This document shows positions 19,641 through 28,569 of a stretch of DNA of 64,000 bases, piece after piece. The stretch covers positions 1,984,001 through 2,048,000 of the forward strand of contig OZ242318.1 of the NCBI GenBank assembly GCA_965208105.1. The letters run 5' to 3'. The stretch is from Candidatus Latescibacterota bacterium (GTDB taxonomy: Bacteria; Latescibacterota; UBA2968; UBA8231). Both the position numbers and the translations under genes were made by a program. A model generated the notes under the pieces. That model ran no database searches. It saw only the letters and a program-made list of their open reading frames with translations, and was not told where the DNA came from. Each line of letters begins with the position of its first letter. Positions within the stretch are counted from its first letter, which is position 1.

Positions 19641-22600
19641 ATGCTTCACAAGACCAGAAATCTCGTTGAAGACTGGCGCAAGGGAGACGCGGAGAAGCTC
19701 GCCATTCTCGAGACGGAGGCGGATTCTGCCTGGCCGGGGGGCGGGGGGTGGCAGACGACAGCCGACGAGCAGGAGCGCGATATCCGCGAGAGCAACCTGA
19801 TGGGGGCCTTCGTCACCGAGAACGAACAAAGGATCATCAGCATCTGCACGCTCAGGGCCGATCCGGGGCAGAAAGCCCATGTGTTCATTCCTTACCTCAA
19901 CTGCCACCCGGATTACCACGGCAAGAAGCACGGCAAGTCCGTACTCTGGGCAGCGGTGGACCGCGCCTGCGAGGCGGGGTTCCAGAAGGTCGATCTGGTC
20001 ACCTGGCCGGGGAACCTTAAGGCAGTTCCCCTGTACAAGAAGATGGGGTTCATGTGGCGGCCCGACTCGTCCGTGCACATGGAAAATTTCACCCCCGCGG
20101 CCCGCCGCCATCCCCTCGCCGCCGCCTTCTTCGCCAGACACGATTGGTACGAGACCCACATCCGGGACCTCGCCCTGGAGGAGGACGTGATGACGCGGGG
20201 GAAGGTGAAGGTCTACGAGTATCTCTGGCGGGCGCCGGAGGGTGGCTTCCTCAGACTGGTGTTCGACCGCCAGAGCTGGGGACTCATCGAGATCGAGAAC
20301 GAGGACCTGTCGGCGTCGTGCAGCCTTTCCGGGGAAAAGCTGGTTGCGGGGGTCCCCCACTCGGTGCACTGGCGAATCGTGAACAAGAAACCGGACCCGG
20401 TTCGGGTCTCTCTCTCCGCCTCGGGCGATCCCGGGGTCGAGGTCCGCAAGCGCGAGGAACTGGAGGTAAAGGCCGCCGCCGAACTCGCGGGGACGTTCGT
20501 GATCGATCCGGACATCAAGGAGAAAACACACCAACCCAAAGCGGCGGTGCTGCGGACCGACCTGGTGATCGACGGCGTGGGGATCGACCTGGGGGCGGGG
20601 GTCGACGTTCGCCAGGCGGTGGAGGTTTCCATCGATGCCGTGCGCTCGATCCTGGTCCCCGGGGCGCCACAGGAAGCGCTGCTGACACTACGCTCGAACC
20701 TGGACGAGGCCTGTAGCGCGAAGCTGCGGGTGAGGCCGGCGGGTGGCGCGGATGTGAAGGGGGGCAAGCGCAGGGTGGAACTGGACCCGAAGGGCGGAGC
20801 CGAGTTGCCTGCACGCCTGACCGCCCCGCGGTCCGGACCCGTGGCGCTGGACGTCGAGACGAGCGCGGTGGCGGGAGGGAAGACAATCCCCGTCAAGACC
20901 AGGCGGATCGACCTCCTGGCCGTCGAGCGGGGGGGCGTTTCCGCCGGGATAGGGGAGGAGAACGCCCTGCTCTGCGGCGGCGGCCTGATGCTCAGCGCCG
21001 ATCTGCGCACTGGGCAGGTCTCGATCTTCCACCGGCTGCGCGCCTTGAGGTCCCCCCGGCTGGAGCTGCATTGCCCGAGGCTGGGACCGCCCTTTGCGGG
21101 AGGAGACCTGTTTCAGGAGAAGGCCGAGGCGTCGGTCGAGGAGGACGCCCTCGGGGTCGTGCTCCGCCTGCGGACCCGGTCCGCGCTGCGGCCGGGTGTG
21201 ATCCTGGACAGGCGGGTCGGCCTGGGGCAGGGCCCCCTGGTCAGGGTGGTGGATACGGTGATCAACGGATCGGCCCAGGCGATGGACCTGTCACTGCTAC
21301 ATGGTTGGTCGATGAGGATAGGTCCCCGGGCGTCGCCCGTCGTGCCCCGGAAGCATGGGATTTACCGGCAGGCCGCCGGCTCGGGGGGACGCGAACTGGA
21401 CGATCTCAAACTGCCCGGAGAGGGAGCGGCGTGGCCGGAGGGATGGATCTGCGCCGAAAAGGAGGATGGCTGCGCCGCCGGAATTCTCTGGGAGCGGGCC
21501 GAGAGGGTGGAACCTGGCACCTGGGGCAGTCTGCGGATTGGGGCTGGACGTGTGAAGCCGGGGGAATCGAGACAACTGGACCCGGTCTACGCATTTGCCG
21601 GGGATGGTAACTGGCAGACGATCCGGGGCTGGTGGCGGACCCTGTTCGGCACCGTTCCGGAGATCGAGTCCTCCCCTGACCCGACCCACAGGGCGATTGA
21701 ATTCGAGATCGAGCCCGCTCCCCTGCTGATCGCCGGCGGGAGGACCGAGGCGACCCTGCGCCTCCGCCACCCGGGTGAATACAAACTCGACGGGGAACTG
21801 ATTCTGCAAGAATCCGCCGGTCTTCGTCCGGACCCTGCCTCCGTCAAGGTTTCGGGGCTCTGCGAGACCAATCCCGTCGTGCGCAAGGTGGGGTTTCGCC
21901 CTGCGCAGCGCGCCCGGCCGGAAACGGAGGAAATCGGCGTGCGATTCGAGACCGGGGAGGCGGTCTACCGATTTTCAGGAAGGGCGCTGGTCCTTCCCCG
22001 GAAGGCGCCCCAGGTCCGGGTGTCGCGCCTGGAGAAAGGCCGCGTGCTCGTCGTGGACAACGGAGTTCTGACGGCGAAGGTCGCGCCTGCCTTCATGGGG
22101 TCCGTCATCTCCCTTCAGCGCGAGGGCAGGGAGTATCTCAACAGTTCCTATCCGGACACCGTACCCCGCGGCTGGTGGAATCCCTGGCACGGCGGCATTT
22201 CGCCCGCCTACGACCGCTTGGAAGATACACTCTACAAGGAACGGTTCCGCTACCGCGTTATCGAACGCAAGGGGCGCCAGGGCATGGTATGGCGCGGGGT
22301 GCGCGTCCACTGCCGCATCGCGCAGGAACATGCCCGCGGCCAGTCCATCGCACTGGAGTACCTGCTGGCCCCCGGCGCGGATGTGCTTGCGATTCTGCCA
22401 AGCTGCCGCGACGAGCTCGGAATCAGCGCCGAGGGGGACCTGGGCTTCCACATCTGGCCGGGGTTCGCCGCCTCGCCAGGGACCGCGTCGTTCCACAACG
22501 CAACCCATGAGTCGACTGCCGCGCTTGCCGCGCCCCACTGGGCCTGGGCCGGACGCTGGAGCTGGGGCGGGATGGTGGGGAAGAGCGGAGAGGCATTGTT

Positions 22601-22796
22601 CCTGAGCGCAATAGGTGAGGGGGTGGAAGCGAGCGGCACCTCCCTGGGGGGCGATGGATGCATGCTCGAAGGCAACCTGGAGCGGCGGATGTCTCCCCGC
22701 GAGCGGATCGAAGGGCTGTTTTTCCTTCTGCCGACCACGGGCCTGGAGGAGGGAAAGGCCGGCGCGGTCTGGAGTGAGTTCGAAGCGCTGCCATAG
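19641..22796 (+). CDS. Large protein with N-terminal GNAT domain and beta-rich C-terminal domains
   Basis: LNCHPDYHGKKHGKSVL, TWPGNLKAVPLYKKMGF; 1051 aa. Confidence 0.75.
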   Translation: MLHKTRNLVEDWRKGDAEKLAILETEADSAWPGGGGWQTTADEQERDIRESNLMGAFVTENEQRIISICTLRADPGQKAHVFIPYLNCHPDYHGKKHGKSVLWAAVDRACEAGFQKVDLVTWPGNLKAVPLYKKMGFMWRPDSSVHMENFTPAARRHPLAAAFFARHDWYETHIRDLALEEDVMTRGKVKVYEYLWRAPEGGFLRLVFDRQSWGLIEIENEDLSASCSLSGEKLVAGVPHSVHWRIVNKKPDPVRVSLSASGDPGVEVRKREELEVKAAAELAGTFVIDPDIKEKTHQPKAAVLRTDLVIDGVGIDLGAGVDVRQAVEVSIDAVRSILVPGAPQEALLTLRSNLDEACSAKLRVRPAGGADVKGGKRRVELDPKGGAELPARLTAPRSGPVALDVETSAVAGGKTIPVKTRRIDLLAVERGGVSAGIGEENALLCGGGLMLSADLRTGQVSIFHRLRALRSPRLELHCPRLGPPFAGGDLFQEKAEASVEEDALGVVLRLRTRSALRPGVILDRRVGLGQGPLVRVVDTVINGSAQAMDLSLLHGWSMRIGPRASPVVPRKHGIYRQAAGSGGRELDDLKLPGEGAAWPEGWICAEKEDGCAAGILWERAERVEPGTWGSLRIGAGRVKPGESRQLDPVYAFAGDGNWQTIRGWWRTLFGTVPEIESSPDPTHRAIEFEIEPAPLLIAGGRTEATLRLRHPGEYKLDGELILQESAGLRPDPASVKVSGLCETNPVVRKVGFRPAQRARPETEEIGVRFETGEAVYRFSGRALVLPRKAPQVRVSRLEKGRVLVVDNGVLTAKVAPAFMGSVISLQREGREYLNSSYPDTVPRGWWNPWHGGISPAYDRLEDTLYKERFRYRVIERKGRQGMVWRGVRVHCRIAQEHARGQSIALEYLLAPGADVLAILPSCRDELGISAEGDLGFHIWPGFAASPGTASFHNATHESTAALAAPHWAWAGRWSWGGMVGKSGEALFLSAIGEGVEASGTSLGGDGCMLEGNLERRMSPRERIEGLFFLLPTTGLEEGKAGAVWSEFEALP

Positions 22797-22972
22797 GGAT
22801 TTCCTGGGAATAAAGTGGCCGGAATCAGGAGAGGGGAACCTCCGCCTGCACTTATAGCGCGCTTCACCAGTCCGGGTGCCCGGGACTGCATCGCGCCTGC
22901 CGGCGGCGCGGCCGATAGCGGATCGCCCACCCCGCAGCCGGGTATCCCCCACCATCACCTGGAGTACAGACG

Positions 22973-24196
22973 ATGACGCCACGCGCAGTCCCCTCCATCG
23001 CCGACCTGCGCCATACCAGGCTCTGCTATCGGCAGGACCACTACTGCGGCCATCCGCGGCAGCTGCCGTTCCGCAACCATGGCAACGGCGAGATCGTCGT
23101 CGGGCACTACCACGCCCCCTCTCGCTATGCAACCCGCGACGACGTCAGCCACTCCTCGACCACCGGCTACTTCAGCCGCGCCAAAATGCTGCTGCAACGG
23201 ACGCTGAATCACGGTGAGACCTGGCGCCCGGAGGACGAGGTGGTCATCGGCGACAACAGCCGCTCCCTGGCCGAGCGCCGGGCGATCATGCGCCGGGCCG
23301 ATGACCCGGAGGTGGCGCGCGAGACCATCGACATCACCGGTCCCGACGCCATGGTCTCGTTTGCGCGGCAGGTCACCGGCCCCGAGGACGACCGCGAGCA
23401 GGCCACCTTCGAGTGCCTCGCCTTCCGCTCAGGCGACCGCGGCCGCACCTGGGAAACCGTGCCCACGCGCGTGGCGCCGCCGCCCGGCTACAGCTACATC
23501 GCCATCGACGGCGCCGCGCCAACCCGGTTTGCCGATGACACCCTGGTGGTGCCGGCCTGGCTGGACAACCGCAACACCGGCGGTCCGCACCCCTTCGACG
23601 CGGCCATCGTGGCCCTCTACGGCTCCGACGATCAGGGGCTCAGCTGGCAGTTCCTGTCCGAGGTGGTCCGCGAGCCCACGGGGCGGGGACGGCCCGGCTA
23701 CGCGAACCTGCTCATGCTGCCCGGCGGACGGCTGCAGTGCTACTTCAACAGGATCGGCGGGCTGCGGCACTCCCTCGAGATGACCGCCTCCGACGACGGC
23801 GGCTACAGCTGGTCCACGCCCCAGCCGCTGGTGGTCTGGGGACAATCGCCCTGGGCAGCGCTGGGCCGGCAGCATGTCTGGGAAGGGGCGGCGCACAAGG
23901 GACCGCTCTACCGCTCCCCCTGGCCGCTGCGCCTGCGCGACGGACGAATCGTGGTCCTCTTCGGCCGCCGCAAGCAGCCCTTCGGCATGGGTCTGATCGT
24001 GAGCGAGGACGACGGCGCCACCTGGTCCGCCGAGGCGGTCATTCGCGCCGACGCCAGCGACTGGGACCTGGGATACCCGGTGGCGACGCAGTTGGATGAC
24101 GGCCGCATCTTCACCGCCTACTATTTCATGGAGGATGACGGCAACGGCTTCGGCGGCACCCGCCACATCGCCGCCAGCTTCTTCCGCCTCGTGTGA
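22973..24196 (+). CDS. BNR/Asp-box (sialidase-like) beta-propeller protein
   Basis: Asp boxes SGDRGRTW, SDDQGLSW, SDDGGYSW, SEDDGATW; DLGYP. Confidence 0.82.
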   Translation: MTPRAVPSIADLRHTRLCYRQDHYCGHPRQLPFRNHGNGEIVVGHYHAPSRYATRDDVSHSSTTGYFSRAKMLLQRTLNHGETWRPEDEVVIGDNSRSLAERRAIMRRADDPEVARETIDITGPDAMVSFARQVTGPEDDREQATFECLAFRSGDRGRTWETVPTRVAPPPGYSYIAIDGAAPTRFADDTLVVPAWLDNRNTGGPHPFDAAIVALYGSDDQGLSWQFLSEVVREPTGRGRPGYANLLMLPGGRLQCYFNRIGGLRHSLEMTASDDGGYSWSTPQPLVVWGQSPWAALGRQHVWEGAAHKGPLYRSPWPLRLRDGRIVVLFGRRKQPFGMGLIVSEDDGATWSAEAVIRADASDWDLGYPVATQLDDGRIFTAYYFMEDDGNGFGGTRHIAASFFRLV

Positions 24197-24458
24197 TAGC
24201 GGGACCGATGCCGCCAGTTGCATTGAATATGTGGCCCGACCGACAACCAGGCCCAATTGGGCTGAAGGATCGGCAAACGATCATCAGAGGGCATGTCCTT
24301 ACCCTTACGTGGGCCCAGCGCCTTGACAGAAAGTCCAAATAGGGCCTTAATTTTTCACAAGCTTGATCGCAACTCTTTCACCCATTTCGTCTCTGGACAC
24401 GTGCACCCGCATCTGATCGGCGAGAGCGTCCCGCAGGTCGTCGACGCGGCTGGGCGGC

Positions 24459-24591
24459 TATAGCGGGTTCAGTACGATCACCACCGACGGCCGTGCTCGA
24501 GTGGGCAGTCGACTATCGTGAGGATCTGCTGGAGAACTGGGACCTATGCCATCAACTGAAGCCGCCGCGACCGATCCCACCGCTGGAGTAG
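24459..24591 (+). pseudogene. 3' remnant of a DUF4160-type gene
   Basis: Frame reads AVLEWAVDYREDLLENWDLCHQLKPPRPIPPLE*, overlapping the DUF2442 gene; no intact 5' part. Confidence 0.6.
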
Positions 24592-24881
24592 TCCCCCCGC
24601 CTCGACCCTCCACGCCATGGCGGGTCAAAAGCGTCGAACCCCTGCCTGGACTGCGATTGCAGGTCCACTTCGGCGACGGTACATCGGGTCAGGTGGACAT
24701 GAGGAGTTTCCTCGGGAGCCCCGCGGTCCATAACACCGTTTTCGAGCCGCTTGTTGATGAGAGTTTGTTCCGCCAGGTCCGGGTAGACCTGGGAGCCCTC
24801 GTCTGGCCGACAGGGGCTGATCTTTCTCCTGATTCCATGTACGACGCCATTCGCGATTCAGGGGAGTGGGTCGTCAAATGA
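24546..24881 (+). CDS. DUF2442 domain protein (putative antitoxin)
   Basis: VKSVEPLPGLRLQVHFGDGTSGQVD...FEPL..F.QV...LVWPTGADLSPD. Confidence 0.8.
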   Translation: MPSTEAAATDPTAGVVPPPRPSTPWRVKSVEPLPGLRLQVHFGDGTSGQVDMRSFLGSPAVHNTVFEPLVDESLFRQVRVDLGALVWPTGADLSPDSMYDAIRDSGEWVVK

Positions 24882-24963
24882 TTCGAGAAAGCGCAGGAAG
24901 AATTGAGGAAAGCTGAAAGCAGGCCTCCGCGTCACCTTTGACGACGCGGAGGCGGATTGGCCA

Positions 24964-25425
24964 CTACAGTGGGTCGCCCTCGAATTGCACGTACGCCGGC
25001 TGCTCGTTGGCCACGGCCATATCGACCGCCTGGCCGAAAGCATCCAAGATTTTCTGGCCGTCCGAACCAGGGGGTACGGTGACCACCGACTCGGAATCCA
25101 CACCCTCCGAGGACATGTCATCGGCGGCACAGGTAACCGTTATCTCCATCGAGCTGTACAATCCCAGGGTTATGATCGATCCCACGATGGATCCAAAGCT
25201 CTGGGTTGCCTCTATTTTCGCTATGCCGTTGCTGCATTGGTTTTGGGCCTGAATCACCTCTGACGCAATCTTGTGAGACAAAAACCACACACCCCAGCCC
25301 TTTGACTCGATCGTCATGGTCTTATCGCCGGGTGGGCGTCTCATATCGACGGTTGCGCAGCCGGCATAAAGAATAATTCCCAAACAGGCGGCGAAGACGG
25401 AACTCCCCAGCAATTGCCTGGTCAT
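24964..25425 (-). CDS. Bor/Iss-like lipoprotein
   Basis: Lipobox YAGC; CSNGIAKIEATQSFGSIVGSIITLGLYSSMEITVTC resembles the Bor family. Confidence 0.62.
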   Translation of the reverse strand: MTRQLLGSSVFAACLGIILYAGCATVDMRRPPGDKTMTIESKGWGVWFLSHKIASEVIQAQNQCSNGIAKIEATQSFGSIVGSIITLGLYSSMEITVTCAADDMSSEGVDSESVVTVPPGSDGQKILDAFGQAVDMAVANEQPAYVQFEGDPL

Positions 25426-25574
25426 TTTATCCCTCCTTATGGTTGACAAAAATGGACTGGCTGGCTCCCTCTTTCCAGGTGGGCCAATATAGGAGCATCG
25501 CCGAAGCCGCACAATGGAAGGCGATTCCCGTGTGGTGGTCCCCATTTCCGCACAACGGTACGGCATGGCTGCTG

Positions 25575-25660
25575 ACCTCCGGCCGGTCGGGAGCCCCGAG
25601 ATTCAGGAGGGGCTGCCGGAAGCCAAGGCCCGTATGCGCGGAGGCCAGGTGAATGTGGAA
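25575..25660 (-). repeat. Highly degenerate attC remnant
   Basis: CTGCCGGAAGCCAAGGCCCGTATGCGCGG resembles TTGCCGAGGGCCAAGGCGCGTAGCGCCG at 41885; cores lost. Confidence 0.35.
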
Positions 25661-25679
25661 GAAGACGTGCGGACCAGGT

Positions 25680-26450
25680 CTATACTGCAAGGGAATCGCA
25701 GTTCTCTCTCAGCCACTTGTTCTCTTTTTCCAGTTCCGCAAGGTCACCGCGTTGGTAGAAGATGGACCATGGGTGGAGTCCCTGCCTGCCCAGGGTATCG
25801 ATCCTGCGGCATTCTTCCAATTGCAGATCGCTCAAGGTGTCCAGGATTGCTCTGGTCTCCGTGCCATAGGTGTCAGCAAGAACCATCAGCCTGGCCCTGA
25901 GATCTGGCTTGGCGGGAAATCCAGCTTTTTTCCAGTGGTCTTCGCCGCGGAGAGGCACCGCGTGCCAGGCAAACTGACTGACATCGCAGAGAGGATGGCC
26001 TGGTTCGGCAAAGTCCCAGTCGATTATTCCATTTAAGGATTGCCCTTCCCAGACAGTATTCCAGGGTCCAAGGTCCCCGTGTCGGATGATCATTCCCGGC
26101 CTCCAGGCGATATGAGGAACATGCCATTCCACATTCTCCGGTGGCTCGAAGTCTCTCACCGCATGGTGATACCTGCTCAGGAAACGCGCGACCTCGGAGA
26201 GCCCCTTTTCCTCCAGCATCACCTGCGGCCAAGGTCGCAGAGCCACCTTCCCCGGGATGAACGATAGCACCTCTCTTCCGAGCTCGTCGAATCCAAGGAC
26301 GCGAGGAGCTCCTGAAAAGCCAACTTCCTCCAGGTAGCGCAGCAAGGAATGGACGGCCGGGGTCCACCTATGGACAGGCCTGCGCACGGTGTCTCCAATC
26401 CGCGCAACGGAATTGACACAGCCTTGGGCGGATTCACCTTCCTGTACCAT
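25680..26450 (-). CDS. APH-family phosphotransferase
   Basis: GAPRVLGFD, IRHGDLGPWN, IIDWDFA. Confidence 0.85.
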   Translation of the reverse strand: MVQEGESAQGCVNSVARIGDTVRRPVHRWTPAVHSLLRYLEEVGFSGAPRVLGFDELGREVLSFIPGKVALRPWPQVMLEEKGLSEVARFLSRYHHAVRDFEPPENVEWHVPHIAWRPGMIIRHGDLGPWNTVWEGQSLNGIIDWDFAEPGHPLCDVSQFAWHAVPLRGEDHWKKAGFPAKPDLRARLMVLADTYGTETRAILDTLSDLQLEECRRIDTLGRQGLHPWSIFYQRGDLAELEKENKWLRENCDSLAV

Positions 26451-26548
26451 CTTCAGATCCTCTCAAGCCACATTGCGGTTGACCTGTTTCCTGGCCGCAT
26501 ACCTTCCAACCCCCACCGCGTTGCGAGTCCAAACCCACCGGTCATTTC

Positions 26549-26634
26549 CGGTAATGTTGTCCCCTCTTGCGAACCCGCCTCAGCGGATTGGACCGAAGCC
26601 CCTTGGGCCTGAGCCGCAAGCCGACGTGTTACGT
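26549..26634 (-). repeat. attC-like site (core TAAT)
   Basis: GTAATGTT..TTGCG AACCCGC..GCGGATT..CGCAA..ACGTGTTA. Confidence 0.65.
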
Positions 26635-26645
26635 GCTGGTGCGGA

Positions 26646-27236
26646 TCACGACCTGGCAATCTCAGGTAATTCGAGTCTGAGAATGCCGCAAAACCTGAAC
26701 GATTTGCTCCTGCTCTCGAGGAAATCCTCGCCGAAAACCAGGGACCCGAGGGCCCGCATGACGCCAGCGTGGGTCACCACCAGGACTCCTCCAGTTTCAG
26801 CCAGGCTTCTGACGGCTTTGAGGCCACGTTCCACTCTTGCCATGAAGTCGTCGATACGCTCAGCTCCTGGGATTTCTGCAGGATTCACCAATCCGGTGTC
26901 CTGGTCAAAGGCATCCGGATACCGTTCAGCTTGTTGTTGCTGCGTCAGACCCTGAAAGTCCCCCTCGTGTCTTTCGATCAGGTCGTCCGACAAACGTAAA
27001 TCGGGAATGCCCAGCAGGCGGGATAGGATCTCCGCTGTCTGAATTGCGCGGCCGAAAGAAGAGCTGAGAATCGCGGCAAGATTTTCTCGTTCGAGTTCCT
27101 TGGCAAGTTGATGCACCTGGCCGATGCCAACATCGGTCAGCGGTGAATCCAACTGACCTTGCGAAAGTCCCTGGCGCTTCCACTCCGTCTCACCATGCCT
27201 CACACATATGATGCTATTGCCAAATGCTGCCATCAT
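26646..27236 (-). CDS. Histidine phosphatase (phosphoglycerate mutase family)
   Basis: VRHGETEW, RAIQTA, VVTHAG. Confidence 0.87.
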   Translation of the reverse strand: MMAAFGNSIICVRHGETEWKRQGLSQGQLDSPLTDVGIGQVHQLAKELERENLAAILSSSFGRAIQTAEILSRLLGIPDLRLSDDLIERHEGDFQGLTQQQQAERYPDAFDQDTGLVNPAEIPGAERIDDFMARVERGLKAVRSLAETGGVLVVTHAGVMRALGSLVFGEDFLESRSKSFRFCGILRLELPEIARS

Positions 27237-27281
27237 CGATCCAGGTTACAGAATCGGAGACCAGTTTACCGGCGCTTACAA

Positions 27282-27370
27282 AAAACCATTGCCGGTTTGC
27301 GTACCCGCGAAGCGGGTTGCCGAAGACCGAGGCGCGAACAGCGCCGCAGCGCAAGAACCCGCTGATATGC
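27282..27370 (-). repeat. attC-like site with both cores mutated
   Basis: TTGCG ACCCGCGAAGCGGGT TGCCGAAG..GGCGC..GCGCC GCAGCGCAA..GCTGATA. Confidence 0.6.
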
Positions 27371-27454
27371 GGTGCGGGCTTCACTCCGACAGATGGAAGT
27401 TAACCTGCCTTCAGCTGCGCCGGTTGCGGATCGGCTGCAAGGCTTGTCCTCGCC

Positions 27455-28447
27455 TCAATAGTCTACGCCGCGCACCCCGTCGAACACTCTACCCAGCGTA
27501 TCCAGCCGGGAATGGAGGTCCGGTGGAAGAGGGCCCATAGCTGCGCAACCGACATTTTCCTCAAGTTGTTCCACCGTCGCCGCGCCAGGGATCACGGTGG
27601 CCACATCCATGTCCGCCAGCAGGAATCGAGTCGCAAGCGCGGCCAGACTGATCCCGGTCTCTCGATGGATCGAGTAAAGCTCTGCAAATCGAGTCCGAAG
27701 GTCGTCGTCCATCCAATCGGGAGGATGCTCCAGCCACTCTTCACAAGGAACGGCAAGCAGCCCCTGCTGCAGAGGCGCTCCGAGGACCACACCCTTGCCC
27801 AGTTCGCTGGTCAGTGGCAGAAGGAACTGCCTGGCATTGCGCCAGATCAGGCTGTACTGAAACGCAACCAGCACGACCTCCACCGGGAGAGCTATCTCGC
27901 GCAGTACCTTTGCCAGGAGATGAGCGTTGTTGCCGGAAATGCCCAGATGCTTCGCCATTCCCTGCTCCCTGGCCCACCACAGGAATTGGGTCACCGGCGC
28001 CTCGCCGTAGTCGTAAACCCCGTCTGCGCTGATGTGCCGCGTCTGGCGCGGGGGGGCCTCGTCCTGCCAATACACACTCCAATCAGCCTCGTGGATGTAG
28101 AGAATGTCCACGCAATCTCGCCGCAGGGACCGCAGCGTCTGCTCGAACTGCGCCTTGAAGGCGTCCAACTCGCGGTACGGTCCGGTGCGCCAGTCCCATC
28201 GCCCGCACTTCGTCCCCAGGAGACAGGGTTCCTTCCGTCCCTGGAGAGCTTCTCCCAGGACTTCCTGAGAATTCCCGTAGAGGGGAGCAGTGTCGAAATA
28301 GTTCACTCCCAGTTCCAAAGCGCGATGGACAACGCGAATACCTTCATCGCGCGCCGTCTCTCCCTCATGGATGAAGGCCCCGCCCAGGCCAATCTCGCTA
28401 ACCTCAAGACCGGTCTTTCCCAACGCCCGTTTATTGATCACTGTCAT
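27455..28447 (-). CDS. Aldo/keto reductase
   Basis: LGKTGLEVSEIGLG, FDTAPLYG, TKCG, YIHE, VIPGA. Confidence 0.9.
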   Translation of the reverse strand: MTVINKRALGKTGLEVSEIGLGGAFIHEGETARDEGIRVVHRALELGVNYFDTAPLYGNSQEVLGEALQGRKEPCLLGTKCGRWDWRTGPYRELDAFKAQFEQTLRSLRRDCVDILYIHEADWSVYWQDEAPPRQTRHISADGVYDYGEAPVTQFLWWAREQGMAKHLGISGNNAHLLAKVLREIALPVEVVLVAFQYSLIWRNARQFLLPLTSELGKGVVLGAPLQQGLLAVPCEEWLEHPPDWMDDDLRTRFAELYSIHRETGISLAALATRFLLADMDVATVIPGAATVEQLEENVGCAAMGPLPPDLHSRLDTLGRVFDGVRGVDY

Positions 28448-28569
28448 ACCTCAAGTAGACTTCGAATGAAATTCCGGCTGGCCTTTGCGCACTCCAGAGG
28501 CGTCTTGCCTGCCCATTGGGCCTTCTGCCCGGCCGTGTTGCAGCCGGAGTGATGGTTTTCGCATTCCAT

